Source of the DNA: Planctomycetota bacterium
Lineage (GTDB): Bacteria; Planctomycetota; Planctomycetia; Pirellulales; Lacipirellulaceae
Reading direction: 5' to 3'
Assembly: GCA_039190745.1 (NCBI GenBank)
Contig: JBCCXZ010000011.1
Location: 11,223 to 75,222 of the forward strand
DNA length: 64,000 nucleotides
Each line of letters opens with the position of its first letter. Within the stretch, counting starts at the first letter, position 1. The notes below the pieces were generated by a model, which was not told the DNA's origin, searched no databases, and was given only the letters and a program-made list of their open reading frames with translations. Positions 19,357 to 28,617 of this stretch are shown here, piece by piece. The translations under genes and the position numbers were made by a program.

Positions 19357-19673
19357 GATGGGTTTCTGCGTCTGGTTTGGCGGTGTGTTTGGTTTGGCGG
19401 CGTATCGGGCTGGGCGTTCTGCAACGCCGGTCTTACGCCCTGAGTTCGTGAGGACCGGGGTTCCGCAGAACTCCGGGTGTTCCGGTCAAGGGGCAGTCCG
19501 GCGCCGCCTAGCCCTTCGAGTCGTGTGCCTGGCCCGCTGCACTGTCGAGCACCGCGTCCACGCCTGCCCGATTGCGGCCTTTTCCCTGCAGGCCCGTTCG
19601 CTGCTTGACCGGAAGGGCTCGAAGCCCTTGGTTCGCCCGGCCGACGCCGGTTAGCAGCTTATATTCCCGGTTC

Positions 19674-19701
19674 ATACTATCCCTGTGTCGGAGCCTGTCA
19701 A
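19674..19701 (-). promoter_or_regulatory. Sigma70-type promoter for the TPR gene
   Basis: TTGACA-16 nt-TAGTAT on the minus strand, about 320 nt upstream of the ATG at 19356. Confidence 0.6.
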
Positions 19702-19818
19702 CGAGGCGGCTTGCTGCTGTCGGACAAGCGTTCTCGCCGTATTTATCCAGGTGTTTCCTGCGATCGGGGCGACCGGAGAGTTCGGAACCCAACGCCTGCA
19801 TGCACTCGCCGGGAACGC

Positions 19819-21534
19819 TCACCGCAGCGTCACCTCGACCGGTTTGGACCGCACGCCGGGGCTGCCCGTTGATTCTGCGAAAACCAGGCTCTTTCCTGCG
19901 CCCAGTTTGTCAGCCGGGATCGAGAGCGTGCCCCTGCCGCGGGAAACCCTGCCGAGCTCTCGCCCGTTGTGGAGCAGGCGGATGGAGTCCTTAACCGTAG
20001 AATCGATGCGCACCGACAGGTCTTGCTTGCCGGGCGTGGTTCCGACCTTTGTGACGGTGAGTTGGATTGCGTCGGTGCCGTTCTTGACCCGGATGCTGCC
20101 GCTCCAGCGGCTCTGCGACAGGATGGGCGTCTTCTCGATGGCGGTCAGCACGAGGGTGTGGCGGCCGTCGGCCAGCTTGGTGCTGTCGAACTTGAGCTCG
20201 CCGCCGGGCTTGGCGGCCGCGGTGAGCTTGCCGTCGACGTAGAGCAGCACGGCGGCGACCTCCGCGGCCCGTTCACTCTCCAGCCGCGGCTTGACCGAGA
20301 CAATTCCACGCACGGTGCTCCCATCGGCGAGTTCTTCGGGCTCGACGCTCGGCGGGTCGGCGTAGGGCTGGCAGAGCGGGTCGCCGACCACAATGAGCTG
20401 GAAGGGGCTCAAGACCGACTGGTAGAAGGCTTCGGCCATGCTGCATCCGCGGGCGTAGTGGAGGTGGAGCTCGGCGGTGGGGAACTTGGTGGTGTTTGCG
20501 GTCGGCTCGATGACGGTGCCGCAAGCGCCGGCCCCGCCGTTGTTAAGGAACTCGGTGAGGAGTGTTTGGGCGCGCGGGCCCGGGGGGCGGTCGAACATGC
20601 CGCCGAAGCTGGTGAGGTTGTCTCCCAGGGCCCCGGGACGGAGCTTGGAGCGCGACTCGCGGAGGCTGTACTGGGGCGTGCCGCAAGTGACGCCGATGAT
20701 GTCTCCCTTGCCTGAGGGGAAGGTCCCTTGGAGCTTTTGGACACGCACCCCGGCCAACCCGATCTGCTTGAGCGCCTGCGGGAATTGCTTCTCACGCACG
20801 GCCGACCGGATGTCGCGACTGGTCATCAGGTAGACGGATCCCTCGGGCTTGGTGCCGTCGGCTTGGGCGGACTTGGTGAGGTAGGACTTGATCTGGTCGA
20901 CGGTGCTCGCCTTTTTGTAGGTGACCCCGAGCATGGCAGACATCATGTAGCGCACCCCGCCTTTGGGGACGCGGCGGCCGTCGGGGCCCCAGCGGTTTTC
21001 GGCGTCGAAGGCCCGGGACATCGTGACGCCCAGAGAACGGCGGGCGAAGTAGCGGTTGGTGTTTGGGGCGAGGAGCGTCTTCGGCTGTTCTTTGGCGATC
21101 TGTCCGAGGTACGTGGCGCTGGTGATGGAGACCAGCGGCGCCGAGCCCGGCCTGGGCGGGGTGGGGCCCACCTGCTCTCGGAAGTCGATGCGGAAGGGGA
21201 AGTCGGCGGAGTAGACGACGCAGTCGATCTGCTTTTCGAGCCCCCGGGATTGGATGGCCTCTTCGATGGGTCCGAGGATCGACTTGAGGAAGACCGAACC
21301 GCGCGTGGCTCGTGCGCCGGTGGGCCACTTGATGTAGAGGACGTTGCCGGCCGGGATGCCGCGGACGTCGATGTAGTGGTTGGCGACCGCTAGCGACTCT
21401 GGGCTCTGCGAATTCACGACGAGGAGCACGTTTTCCGGCCCGCCGCCGGCCCACGCGAGCACGGGCGTCGCTAGCACGGCCGCGAGCACCGCCGTTGTGA
21501 GCCGGGCCGAATTGGGGGCCTGATTGAATCGCAT
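19819..21534 (-). CDS. TIGR03790-like secreted protein with C-terminal Ig-like domains
   Basis: GGGPENVLLVVN...S..VA.HY, GTVIEP, G.SMAEAFY and VGDPLCQPY motifs; signal peptide. Confidence 0.8.
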   Translation of the reverse strand: MRFNQAPNSARLTTAVLAAVLATPVLAWAGGGPENVLLVVNSQSPESLAVANHYIDVRGIPAGNVLYIKWPTGARATRGSVFLKSILGPIEEAIQSRGLEKQIDCVVYSADFPFRIDFREQVGPTPPRPGSAPLVSITSATYLGQIAKEQPKTLLAPNTNRYFARRSLGVTMSRAFDAENRWGPDGRRVPKGGVRYMMSAMLGVTYKKASTVDQIKSYLTKSAQADGTKPEGSVYLMTSRDIRSAVREKQFPQALKQIGLAGVRVQKLQGTFPSGKGDIIGVTCGTPQYSLRESRSKLRPGALGDNLTSFGGMFDRPPGPRAQTLLTEFLNNGGAGACGTVIEPTANTTKFPTAELHLHYARGCSMAEAFYQSVLSPFQLIVVGDPLCQPYADPPSVEPEELADGSTVRGIVSVKPRLESERAAEVAAVLLYVDGKLTAAAKPGGELKFDSTKLADGRHTLVLTAIEKTPILSQSRWSGSIRVKNGTDAIQLTVTKVGTTPGKQDLSVRIDSTVKDSIRLLHNGRELGRVSRGRGTLSIPADKLGAGKSLVFAESTGSPGVRSKPVEVTLR

Positions 21535-21907
21535 GACTACCTGTGAGGCGTTGGTCAACAACGGGCTGCAGCAAAGTTGGGACTACTTGTACGCCCGCGG
21601 AGTTCCCTCGGCAAACGGAAACGTGGTCGGCGGCCGATTTGCGGGGGCGGATACTGCCGCGGTGCTTCTGGCCTCGCGGAGACGGTGTGCGTCCTCGACC
21701 TGGGCTTTATCAAGCTCTGCCACATTGTGGAACGGGTCCCGGATGGACGCGCAGCCCACTTGCCGGGCTGATGTGGGAGAGCTCTGCCACAAGATCTGCC
21801 ATAAGAATCGGGCAAGCTGTTTGGCGGGCTTTTGGCCCCCCTGATCGCTGCCCACAGGTCAGGATACACTGAGCGAAGTAGGCCCGGCAGTTTCGGAGGT
21901 CGATGCG

Positions 21908-22402
21908 ATGAGTGAAGAAGCCGCGCCCCTGGTCGGGGTGATCATGGGCAGCCGCAGCGATTGGGAGACCATGCGGGCGGCGGCCGACGTGCTGAGCGAG
22001 TTCGGCGTCGCTCACGAGTGCCAGATCGTGTCGGCGCACCGGACGCCGGAGTGGATGAGCACGTACGCCCTGAGCGCCGAGGAGCGCGGGCTGGAGGTGG
22101 TGATCGCCGGCGCCGGTGGCGCGGCGCACCTGCCCGGGATGGTGGCTTCGATGACGGTGCTGCCGGTGCTGGGCGTGCCGGTGCAAAGCAAAGCGCTCAA
22201 CGGCTTGGACTCGCTGCTCTCGATCGTGCAAATGCCGGGCGGCGTGCCGGTGGGGACTTTGGCGATCGGTGCCCCAGGGGCCAAGAACGCCGGGCTGCTG
22301 GCGGTGCGGATTCTTGCCGCGTCGCGGCCCGAGCTGCGGCAGAAGCTGCAGGCGTTCCATGAAGAACAGGCGGACAAGGTGCGCGGGGACGCCTTAGAGT
22401 GA
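21908..22402 (+). CDS. purE: N5-CAIR mutase PurE
   Basis: [25 protein letters not shown] and [11 protein letters not shown] motifs. Confidence 0.98.
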   Translation: MSEEAAPLVGVIMGSRSDWETMRAAADVLSEFGVAHECQIVSAHRTPEWMSTYALSAEERGLEVVIAGAGGAAHLPGMVASMTVLPVLGVPVQSKALNGLDSLLSIVQMPGGVPVGTLAIGAPGAKNAGLLAVRILAASRPELRQKLQAFHEEQADKVRGDALE

Positions 22403-22421
22403 GCGTGTCCCCTGCTGCTTG

Positions 22422-23513
22422 CTAGTTGCTCGCGGCGTCGACTTCGGCACGGGCCTTGGCGACGGCCGACGCGATGCGTCGGACGTTGCTCCAGTCGTCC
22501 TTGTAGTTGATCTCGACGAAACCGACGGCTCCGCTGGGGCCCCATTCGGCTTCCAGGCCGGTGCCCGACCAGTCGAATCCGAGCAGCACCTCTTGGATCG
22601 CTTCCTTGAGTTCGGGCTTTAGGTTGTGGGCGTAACCCACGGCGGCTGGCGGGAAGAGCTCCGACTCGTAGATAGCGCGGATGGCGTCGGGGGCGACCTC
22701 GCCTCGGCCCTGCATGCCGTCGAGTAGGTCGCTCGCGACGGCGGCGACGTCAACCTCTTTGTTCGCGACACGCTGGATCGACTGTTCGTGGCCGTAGGTG
22801 AACCCCCAGCGATAGTCGCGTTCAGGCAGCCAGTTGTGCTCTTCCAGCAGTAGCACGAGCGGCGCCTTGTAGCCGCTGTTGGAGCGGGGCCGGGTGAAGG
22901 CGACGCGTTTGCCCCCAAGGTCGGCGGTTTCTTTGATCTTGCTGTCGGCGGCAACGATCATCTTCATCTTGTAGCCGTAGGTGCCGTCCTCGCGGCCGAA
23001 GGTGCAGACGGGTATGAACCCCGATTCGTTGACGCCCGCGAGCGCGGCTCCGGTGGAGAACCCGGAGATGTGCAGCTCGCCCTCGCGGAGGGCGCGTAGC
23101 TGCTCGCCGGTGTCGGTGTAAACGACGTATTCAACCGGCTTGCCGAGGCGCTCGGCGAGTGCGGCGACGAGTTCTTTCCAGGGGGCGGCGGCTTCCTCGC
23201 CGGTTTGGCTTGTGTTGGCGATGTAGGTGAACTTGATTGTCTCGGGGTCGAACAGCTCGCCGGCGTCGGTCGGCTCGTCGGCGACGAGGTCGCCGTCGGC
23301 GTCTTGGTAGGCCTCGGCCAGTTTGTCGGGCGCTGCCTCGGAGGAGAGGATCCCGCGGAGGGTTTTGTTGACCAACTCCTCGTTGGCGTTCGCCTTGAGG
23401 TTAGAGGCGTATTTCTGCCCGCCCAGATAACCGACGACCGCCAGGAACGCAACGATACCGAGTAGCCCCCAGGCGATGGACGGGCGGCTGGGTTCGGGAG
23501 ACGACTCGGACAT
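22422..23513 (-). CDS. PhnD-type phosphate/phosphite/phosphonate substrate-binding protein
   Basis: DLGGKRVAFT...SNSGY..P, GHEQSI and IYESELFP motifs; N-terminal anchor. Confidence 0.85.
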   Translation of the reverse strand: MSESSPEPSRPSIAWGLLGIVAFLAVVGYLGGQKYASNLKANANEELVNKTLRGILSSEAAPDKLAEAYQDADGDLVADEPTDAGELFDPETIKFTYIANTSQTGEEAAAPWKELVAALAERLGKPVEYVVYTDTGEQLRALREGELHISGFSTGAALAGVNESGFIPVCTFGREDGTYGYKMKMIVAADSKIKETADLGGKRVAFTRPRSNSGYKAPLVLLLEEHNWLPERDYRWGFTYGHEQSIQRVANKEVDVAAVASDLLDGMQGRGEVAPDAIRAIYESELFPPAAVGYAHNLKPELKEAIQEVLLGFDWSGTGLEAEWGPSGAVGFVEINYKDDWSNVRRIASAVAKARAEVDAASN

Positions 23514-23701
23514 GCTGCTACCTGAGTAAGTGTCTGGCTGCGGCGCGACGGCGGCCTACGCGGGACGCCGTCTGCAGGCCGATTGAGGCTGATCCGGACA
23601 GGCCAGAATACCATTTGGCCTGCCAGTTTCAATGAACTAGCGGCCCGTTGGCAGGGGGGTCCGAGAGCGGTGGCTTGGCTGCCGTGAGGAGGGGCCTGCC
23701 G

Positions 23702-24100
23702 CTAGATAGTGATGCCGATCGCCTTGGCCCTGAGCGTGAGCCCCGGCCGGAAGAAGACCATGGGCCTAAGGGCGCGCTTGGGTCCGCGGAGGGCGGCCCG
23801 ACGGCGGGACCAGAAGAAGGTGCTGTCGACCAGCGAGCGGGGCAGCTTCCCGGTGTTGACGAGGGTGACCACCTTGTCGATGAAGGCAAAGTCGGCCTTG
23901 GTGACGGCCCGGAGGCCGACCCGTAGTTGGTCGGAGAGCGACACCTGCAGGCCGGGCCCGAAGGTGGTGGACCCGATGGTGCTGGGCGTGGCCGGCTGGG
24001 CCCGCACTGGGGAGGGCGGCAACTGGGCGGCCGCGGTCGCCAGGAGCAGTGTCGTTAAGCAGGCCGTTCTCACCGGAATTTTATTCGCCAGGTTGGGCAT
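23702..24100 (-). CDS. Small secreted hypothetical protein
   Basis: Signal-peptide-like N-terminus; AGAGG upstream of the ATG. Confidence 0.7.
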   Translation of the reverse strand: MPNLANKIPVRTACLTTLLLATAAAQLPPSPVRAQPATPSTIGSTTFGPGLQVSLSDQLRVGLRAVTKADFAFIDKVVTLVNTGKLPRSLVDSTFFWSRRRAALRGPKRALRPMVFFRPGLTLRAKAIGITI

Positions 24101-24415
24101 CGAGAGCGGCCTCTTGAGAAAAGGTGGGGCGAACAGTTCGCCGGACGTTCCAGGCGTCTTCTGGAGTCGGCGGGAGGGTACGAAAAGGAGTCGGCGGAGG
24201 GCAAGGCCGGTCGCCGCCTGCGTAGTGGTGCATGCAGACGGGGTACTTTCCGGCGCGCCGATTGCAGAGCCGGTTTCTGCCCGCCGGCCCCTGTTCCGGG
24301 AGGTAGAATTATCGTGTAATGTCCCGCCCTCGCACGGTTCGGCTCACGGCCGGCGGCGTCGCGGGCCGATGACTGCACACGAGACTATCACGCCGCCTAG
24401 GCGGCGTTTACGAAT

Positions 24416-24554
24416 CAAACTTCCTGGTCGCTATTCCGTCGGGAGGACCAATTTTTTGGATTGGCTTGAGTCGAAACACGGCAGCGCGCAGCGCTGTCCG
24501 ACCCACGCCTTTCTTCCAGCGACTCCACACCGTCGCAATGAGGCCGGAAGTTTG
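24416..24554 (+). ncRNA. Candidate rod-shaped small RNA (6S-like architecture)
   Basis: End-to-end nested complementarity with an AU-rich internal bubble and a terminal hairpin; plus-strand terminator follows; no credible plus-strand CDS. Confidence 0.4.
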
Positions 24555-24568
24555 TCTACAATAGGAAG

Positions 24569-24608
24569 AGGCCGGGCGCCGCAGTGAGCGGGCCCGGCCT
24601 TTTTCTTT
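24569..24608 (+). terminator. Intrinsic terminator, possibly bidirectional
   Basis: AGGCCGGGC(G)CCGC-loop-GCGGGCCCGGCCT followed by TTTTCTTT. Confidence 0.75.
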
Positions 24609-24629
24609 GCGCGGGCTTAGCCGCCCCGG

Positions 24630-25472
24630 CTAGCCGCTTTGGCCGATGGGCTTGGCGAGCCGTATCGCCAGGTCGAGCAGCGTTACGACGTCGATCGCGT
24701 TGTGCCGGAGGACGGCTTCGAGCTCGTTGCCGTCGCCGGTTTCGACGTAACGCTGGTACACGGCGGGGATCTGGCTGCCGGGGATGTCGCCGGTGCGCGA
24801 GCGGCGGCAGACCATCCGTTCGAGGGTCTGCAGCTTGCAGTCGGGCAGGCTCGCGCGCCACTTGCGGCGGCTGTGGTGCAGGAGGTCGACGTGCGTGGGT
24901 TCGGGCGCCGGTGTGCCGCGGAAGAGGAGGTGCCGAGTCGTGCGGTCGACGACCATCGGCCAGTCGAAGCTCTTGCCGTTGAAGGTGAGTAGCAGGGTTT
25001 CGCCCGTGAGCGTCTGCCAGAGGGCTTCAAGGACAGAGCGTTCTTCGCTGTAGTTGCGGGCGAGCAGGAGCTCGACGTGTGGTGTGAGGTCGCAGCGCAG
25101 CAGGCCGATGAGGAAGAGGGCGTTGCCCGCGAGGCCGCAGGTTTCGAGGTCGAGGCAGACGAGGTGCTCGGGGAACGAGCGGGTGATGGCTGTCAGCTCG
25201 TCTTCTTTCCTTTCGCCGGTCGCTTCAGTGAGGAAGGTGTGCCGCTTGGCGAGCAGCTCGGGACCGCCGGGCCAGAACTCTTCCAGCGGGACGACGATGC
25301 GGAGGTGCTCGCCGGAAGCGGTGGCGACAGGTTCCCCGCGATCGAGCAGGCCCGCTGTTGATTGCACGGGCTGTGCGGGCTTCGCGGCGGCCGGCCGCGG
25401 GGCGGCCTTGGTCGCGGGCAGCGGCTGGCGGTTGAGCGCTTCGAGGCGGCTGCGGAGGCGTTCTTCGAGCAT
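24630..25472 (-). CDS. RNase H-like DEDD exonuclease (YprB/MrfB-like)
   Basis: LDLETCGL, TFNGKSFD, HVDLL, LQTLE, DIPG and HNAID motifs; start at ATG 25472 or TTG 25538. Confidence 0.88.
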   Translation of the reverse strand: MLEERLRSRLEALNRQPLPATKAAPRPAAAKPAQPVQSTAGLLDRGEPVATASGEHLRIVVPLEEFWPGGPELLAKRHTFLTEATGERKEDELTAITRSFPEHLVCLDLETCGLAGNALFLIGLLRCDLTPHVELLLARNYSEERSVLEALWQTLTGETLLLTFNGKSFDWPMVVDRTTRHLLFRGTPAPEPTHVDLLHHSRRKWRASLPDCKLQTLERMVCRRSRTGDIPGSQIPAVYQRYVETGDGNELEAVLRHNAIDVVTLLDLAIRLAKPIGQSG

Positions 25473-25512
25473 CCCGATACCAGTCTTTGCGATCTCGCTT
25501 GCTGGGGCTCGA

Positions 25513-26013
25513 TCAGATTGAGGAGCGGAGTTCTTCAACTGCGCGTGTTTGCTTCTCCACCCAATCCGAAACGGTCGTGGCTATTGGGAAGTGGAAGAAG
25601 AAGGCGACCAGCAGAGCGGCTGCGACTGCCAGCGATACGCCGTTTCCGCTCATCGAGTAATTGAAAATGCTGAAGAACGCCGCTCCCTCCAAGGGGGCGG
25701 CCCCGACAATGGTCTTGGTCGTGTAGAGTTCGCAGATCTGTCTGACTTGATCTTCGGGCTCGGCCGCGCCTTGTGCGATACTCTTGATGCCAGACCGGGT
25801 AATGAGGCCAGGTAAGAACGGCTGAGCGAGCAATGCAGCCGCCGCGACGGTGAGCGACTCGTAAAGGAGGTCTGAGTCTTCGGCTTTCTCACCGTCGCTG
25901 CTAATCAAAACAAAGCACAGGTAGCTAAAGACCCCTGCCGCCAAAGCAGCGACGATGATCTGTGTGGTGCGTGTGGTCTCGGTGATCTTCTGCTGTTCTT
26001 CGTCGCTGAACAT
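25513..26013 (-). CDS. Four-TM hypothetical membrane protein
   Basis: Starts MFSDEEQQ at 26013; four hydrophobic segments; IVGAAPLEGAAFF; sits between the helicase and the exonuclease. Confidence 0.75.
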   Translation of the reverse strand: MFSDEEQQKITETTRTTQIIVAALAAGVFSYLCFVLISSDGEKAEDSDLLYESLTVAAAALLAQPFLPGLITRSGIKSIAQGAAEPEDQVRQICELYTTKTIVGAAPLEGAAFFSIFNYSMSGNGVSLAVAAALLVAFFFHFPIATTVSDWVEKQTRAVEELRSSI

Positions 26014-26027
26014 GCCGGCTGCCCACT

Positions 26028-28445
26028 CTATTCGGCTGCGGTCATCACCCGAGGAGCCGTATTCTCGCAGAACGGTTCGCCGCGGAGCAACTCCAGTAGC
26101 CGCAGCGTGGCGGCCTTGTTGGGCATGGGGTGGCCGCGGGTGAGGTCGGGGTCGCTGTGCATGCCGGGCGCCAGGTTGGGGAGGCCCACGCAGCTCGGGC
26201 AGCCCTCCTCGCAGGGGCACTCGGCCACCAGCTCGTGGCAGATCCGCAGCAGCTCGGCGACGTGCTGCATGCCCTTCTGGCAGTAACCCAGGCCGCCGGG
26301 GTAGCGGTCGTAGAGGATCATCGTCGTGCGGCCGAGGTTCTTGCTGTCGACCACGCCGCCGAGGTCGCGGCTGTCGCACATCGAGACGAAGGGCAGCGCG
26401 ACGATGGCGAGGTTCCGCAGCCCCGCGACGCCCTCGCTGGCGCGGAGCCCGGCGGCCTTCATCTGTGCCCGGACAGTATCGTCGGGAGAGAGCCACAGTG
26501 CGGTGGTCTGCAGTGTTTGGGCCGGGATGTCGACCGGGCCCAAGCCGATGTTTTCGCGGGTGTTGAATTTGATTTTCTTGAACGCGACCGTCTGCCACGA
26601 GACGTCGACGTCGCCGTAGGCTACCGAAGCGCCTGATACTGTGTCGCTCTGTTCGCGCTCGTCGCGGATGAGGACGTTGCTCTCGAGCACGGCCTGGGTG
26701 TAGTAGTCGCTCTCGCGGCGCTCGACGTAGGCCACCTTGCCGTTGAGGTCGAGCTCGCGGACGAAGTAGGTCTCGCCGTCGTGCAGGTAGATCGCCTCGG
26801 GGTAGACCGGCTCGGGCGCGCTGATCGAGTCGACGTTGGCGATCACCACGTGGTCCTCCGACTCGGCCGGGTCGGCCCCGGCGGCGAGGGTGTCGCGGAG
26901 CACGCTCTGCGGTTTGCGGAGGACGATGCTGAAGGTGTTGTCGCTCATGTGGCGGAGGCTCACCCCGACGGTGGGGTTCTGGCCGCCGGGGTGGTAGAGC
27001 AGACCGTCGACCTCGGCGAGCTGCTTCTCGTCGGTGAGCACGCCGGAGACGGGGCCGGCGAGGGCGCCGAACTCGGCGAGGTCGTCGTCGGAGAGCGGCA
27101 GCTCGAACGCGGCGGCCTTCAGGTGCTTGGCGAGCACGTAGGGGTTCTCGGGGTCGACGACCGCGTTCTCCGGCGACTGGGCGAAGAAGTACTCGGGGTG
27201 GCGCAACAGGTACTGGTCGACCGGGTCGTTGCCGGCGATGAGCACGGCGAGGCTCTCGTCGTGGCGGCGTCCGCTGCGGCCGGCCTGCTGCCAGCAGCTG
27301 GCGATCGTGCCAGGGTAGTTCACCATTACGGCGACGTCGAGCGAGCCGATGTCGATGCCGAGCTCGAGCGCGTTGGTTGCGGCCACGGCGCGGAGCTCGC
27401 CGGCGAAGAGGTCCTGCTCGATCTGCCTCCGTTCATTGGGGAGGTAGCCGCCGCGGTAGGCGCGCACGCGACCGGCGTGCGGCGAGTGGTCGTTCTCGAG
27501 CGACTCGCGGGCGTAGCGGTGGATCAGCTCGGCTGCCTGCCGCGTACGGGTGAACGCGAGTACCTGCCCCTCGGCCTCGACCGCCTCGGTCATCCAGGTC
27601 ACCGCGTCGTCGTTGGGGCTCTGCCGCGCGAGGGCGTCGACGCCCAGCGGCGAGGGGTTCCACATCGCGAAGTACTTGCGGCCGTGGGGCGAGCCGTCTT
27701 GGTCGATCACCTCGACGGGCCGGTTGACCAGGCGGCTCACCAACTCGCCGGGGTTGGCGATTGTGGCGCTGGTGGAGAGGAACACGGGGTCGGCGCCGTA
27801 GTGGCGGCAGACGCGCTGCAGGCGGCGGAGCACCGCCGAGACGTGAGAGCCGAGGATCCCCCGATAGGTGTGCACCTCGTCGACGACGACGTACCGCAGC
27901 TCGGCGAAGAACTGGGCCCACTTCGGGTGGTACGGCAGGATGGCCGCGTGGAGCATGTCGGGGTTGGAGAGGACGAGGTTGGCCTCGCTGCGGATGCGGC
28001 GGCGCTGGGCGGTGGGGGTGTCGCCGTCGTAGACGCCGGGGCGGAGCAGCGGGCCGGCTTCGGGGTCGTCACCGAACAGTTCGAGCAGGCCCTTCAGCTG
28101 GTCTTGGGCGAGCGCCTTGGTGGGGTAGAGGTAGAGCGCTCTGGCGTCCGGATGGGCGACGCATGTCTCAAGGATCGGCAGGTTGTAGCATAGCGTCTTC
28201 CCGCTGGCGGTGCCGGTGACGACGACCCAGTCTTTGCCCTCGCGGGCGGCTTCGAGCGCTTCGACCTGGTGCGCGTAGAGCCTGTCGACGCCGCGGCGGG
28301 CGAGCAGGCTGGCGACCACCTCGGGCAGGGGCCTGACGGGTTCGGCGAAGACGCCGGGCCGTTCGGGCAGGACCTCGATGTGCTCGAGCTGGCCGTGGTA
28401 ATCGCGTCGTGCGCGGATGCGGTTGAGCAGCGCCTGGACATCCAT
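26028..28445 (-). CDS. DEAH-box helicase with DUF1998 Cys-rich domain (YprA/MrfA/Hrq1-like)
   Basis: TGTASGKT, PTKALAQDQ, DEVH, SAT, ATNALELGID and QQAGRSGR motifs; C-terminal C...CPCEEGCPSC. Confidence 0.93.
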   Translation of the reverse strand: MDVQALLNRIRARRDYHGQLEHIEVLPERPGVFAEPVRPLPEVVASLLARRGVDRLYAHQVEALEAAREGKDWVVVTGTASGKTLCYNLPILETCVAHPDARALYLYPTKALAQDQLKGLLELFGDDPEAGPLLRPGVYDGDTPTAQRRRIRSEANLVLSNPDMLHAAILPYHPKWAQFFAELRYVVVDEVHTYRGILGSHVSAVLRRLQRVCRHYGADPVFLSTSATIANPGELVSRLVNRPVEVIDQDGSPHGRKYFAMWNPSPLGVDALARQSPNDDAVTWMTEAVEAEGQVLAFTRTRQAAELIHRYARESLENDHSPHAGRVRAYRGGYLPNERRQIEQDLFAGELRAVAATNALELGIDIGSLDVAVMVNYPGTIASCWQQAGRSGRRHDESLAVLIAGNDPVDQYLLRHPEYFFAQSPENAVVDPENPYVLAKHLKAAAFELPLSDDDLAEFGALAGPVSGVLTDEKQLAEVDGLLYHPGGQNPTVGVSLRHMSDNTFSIVLRKPQSVLRDTLAAGADPAESEDHVVIANVDSISAPEPVYPEAIYLHDGETYFVRELDLNGKVAYVERRESDYYTQAVLESNVLIRDEREQSDTVSGASVAYGDVDVSWQTVAFKKIKFNTRENIGLGPVDIPAQTLQTTALWLSPDDTVRAQMKAAGLRASEGVAGLRNLAIVALPFVSMCDSRDLGGVVDSKNLGRTTMILYDRYPGGLGYCQKGMQHVAELLRICHELVAECPCEEGCPSCVGLPNLAPGMHSDPDLTRGHPMPNKAATLRLLELLRGEPFCENTAPRVMTAAE

Positions 28446-28479
28446 GGCCCCGGCCCTCCCTGGCGGCGGATACTGAAAT

Positions 28480-28525
28480 TACTAAACAGGCGTTTAGTAT
28501 ACGTATCGGCCGGGCGGGCGGGCAA
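28480..28525 (-). promoter_or_regulatory. Promoter TTGCCC-18-TATACT with overlapping palindromic operator TACTAAAC-N4-GTTTAGTA
   Basis: Perfect 8-bp inverted repeat at 28480-28499 overlaps the -10 box (28496-28501), upstream of the helicase. Confidence 0.65.
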
Positions 28526-28572
28526 GATCGAAGATTCTTGCGGGCCGACTGGCGGCGGCCGGCGCGGGGCAG

Positions 28573-28617
28573 AAAAGGCAACGACCCCGCCGGGGGGAGC
28601 CCCGGGGGGTCGTTGCC
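28573..28617 (-). terminator. Intrinsic terminator of the tad cassette
   Basis: GGCAACGACCCC...GGGGTCGTTGCC stem followed by TTTT on the minus strand. Confidence 0.75.

Noticed and set aside
21577..21872. Short ORFs between the TIGR03790-like gene and purE
   Set aside because: No RBS, codon bias or motif support; treated as a divergent promoter region.
26014..26598. N-terminal half of the 361-aa ORF 25513..26598
   Set aside because: Overlaps the helicase in another frame; the real gene most likely starts at 26013.
26028..28445. DUF1998 helicase as a DISARM or Druantia defence component
   Set aside because: No methylase, PLD or other defence genes nearby; the YprB-like partner indicates the repair-type pair.
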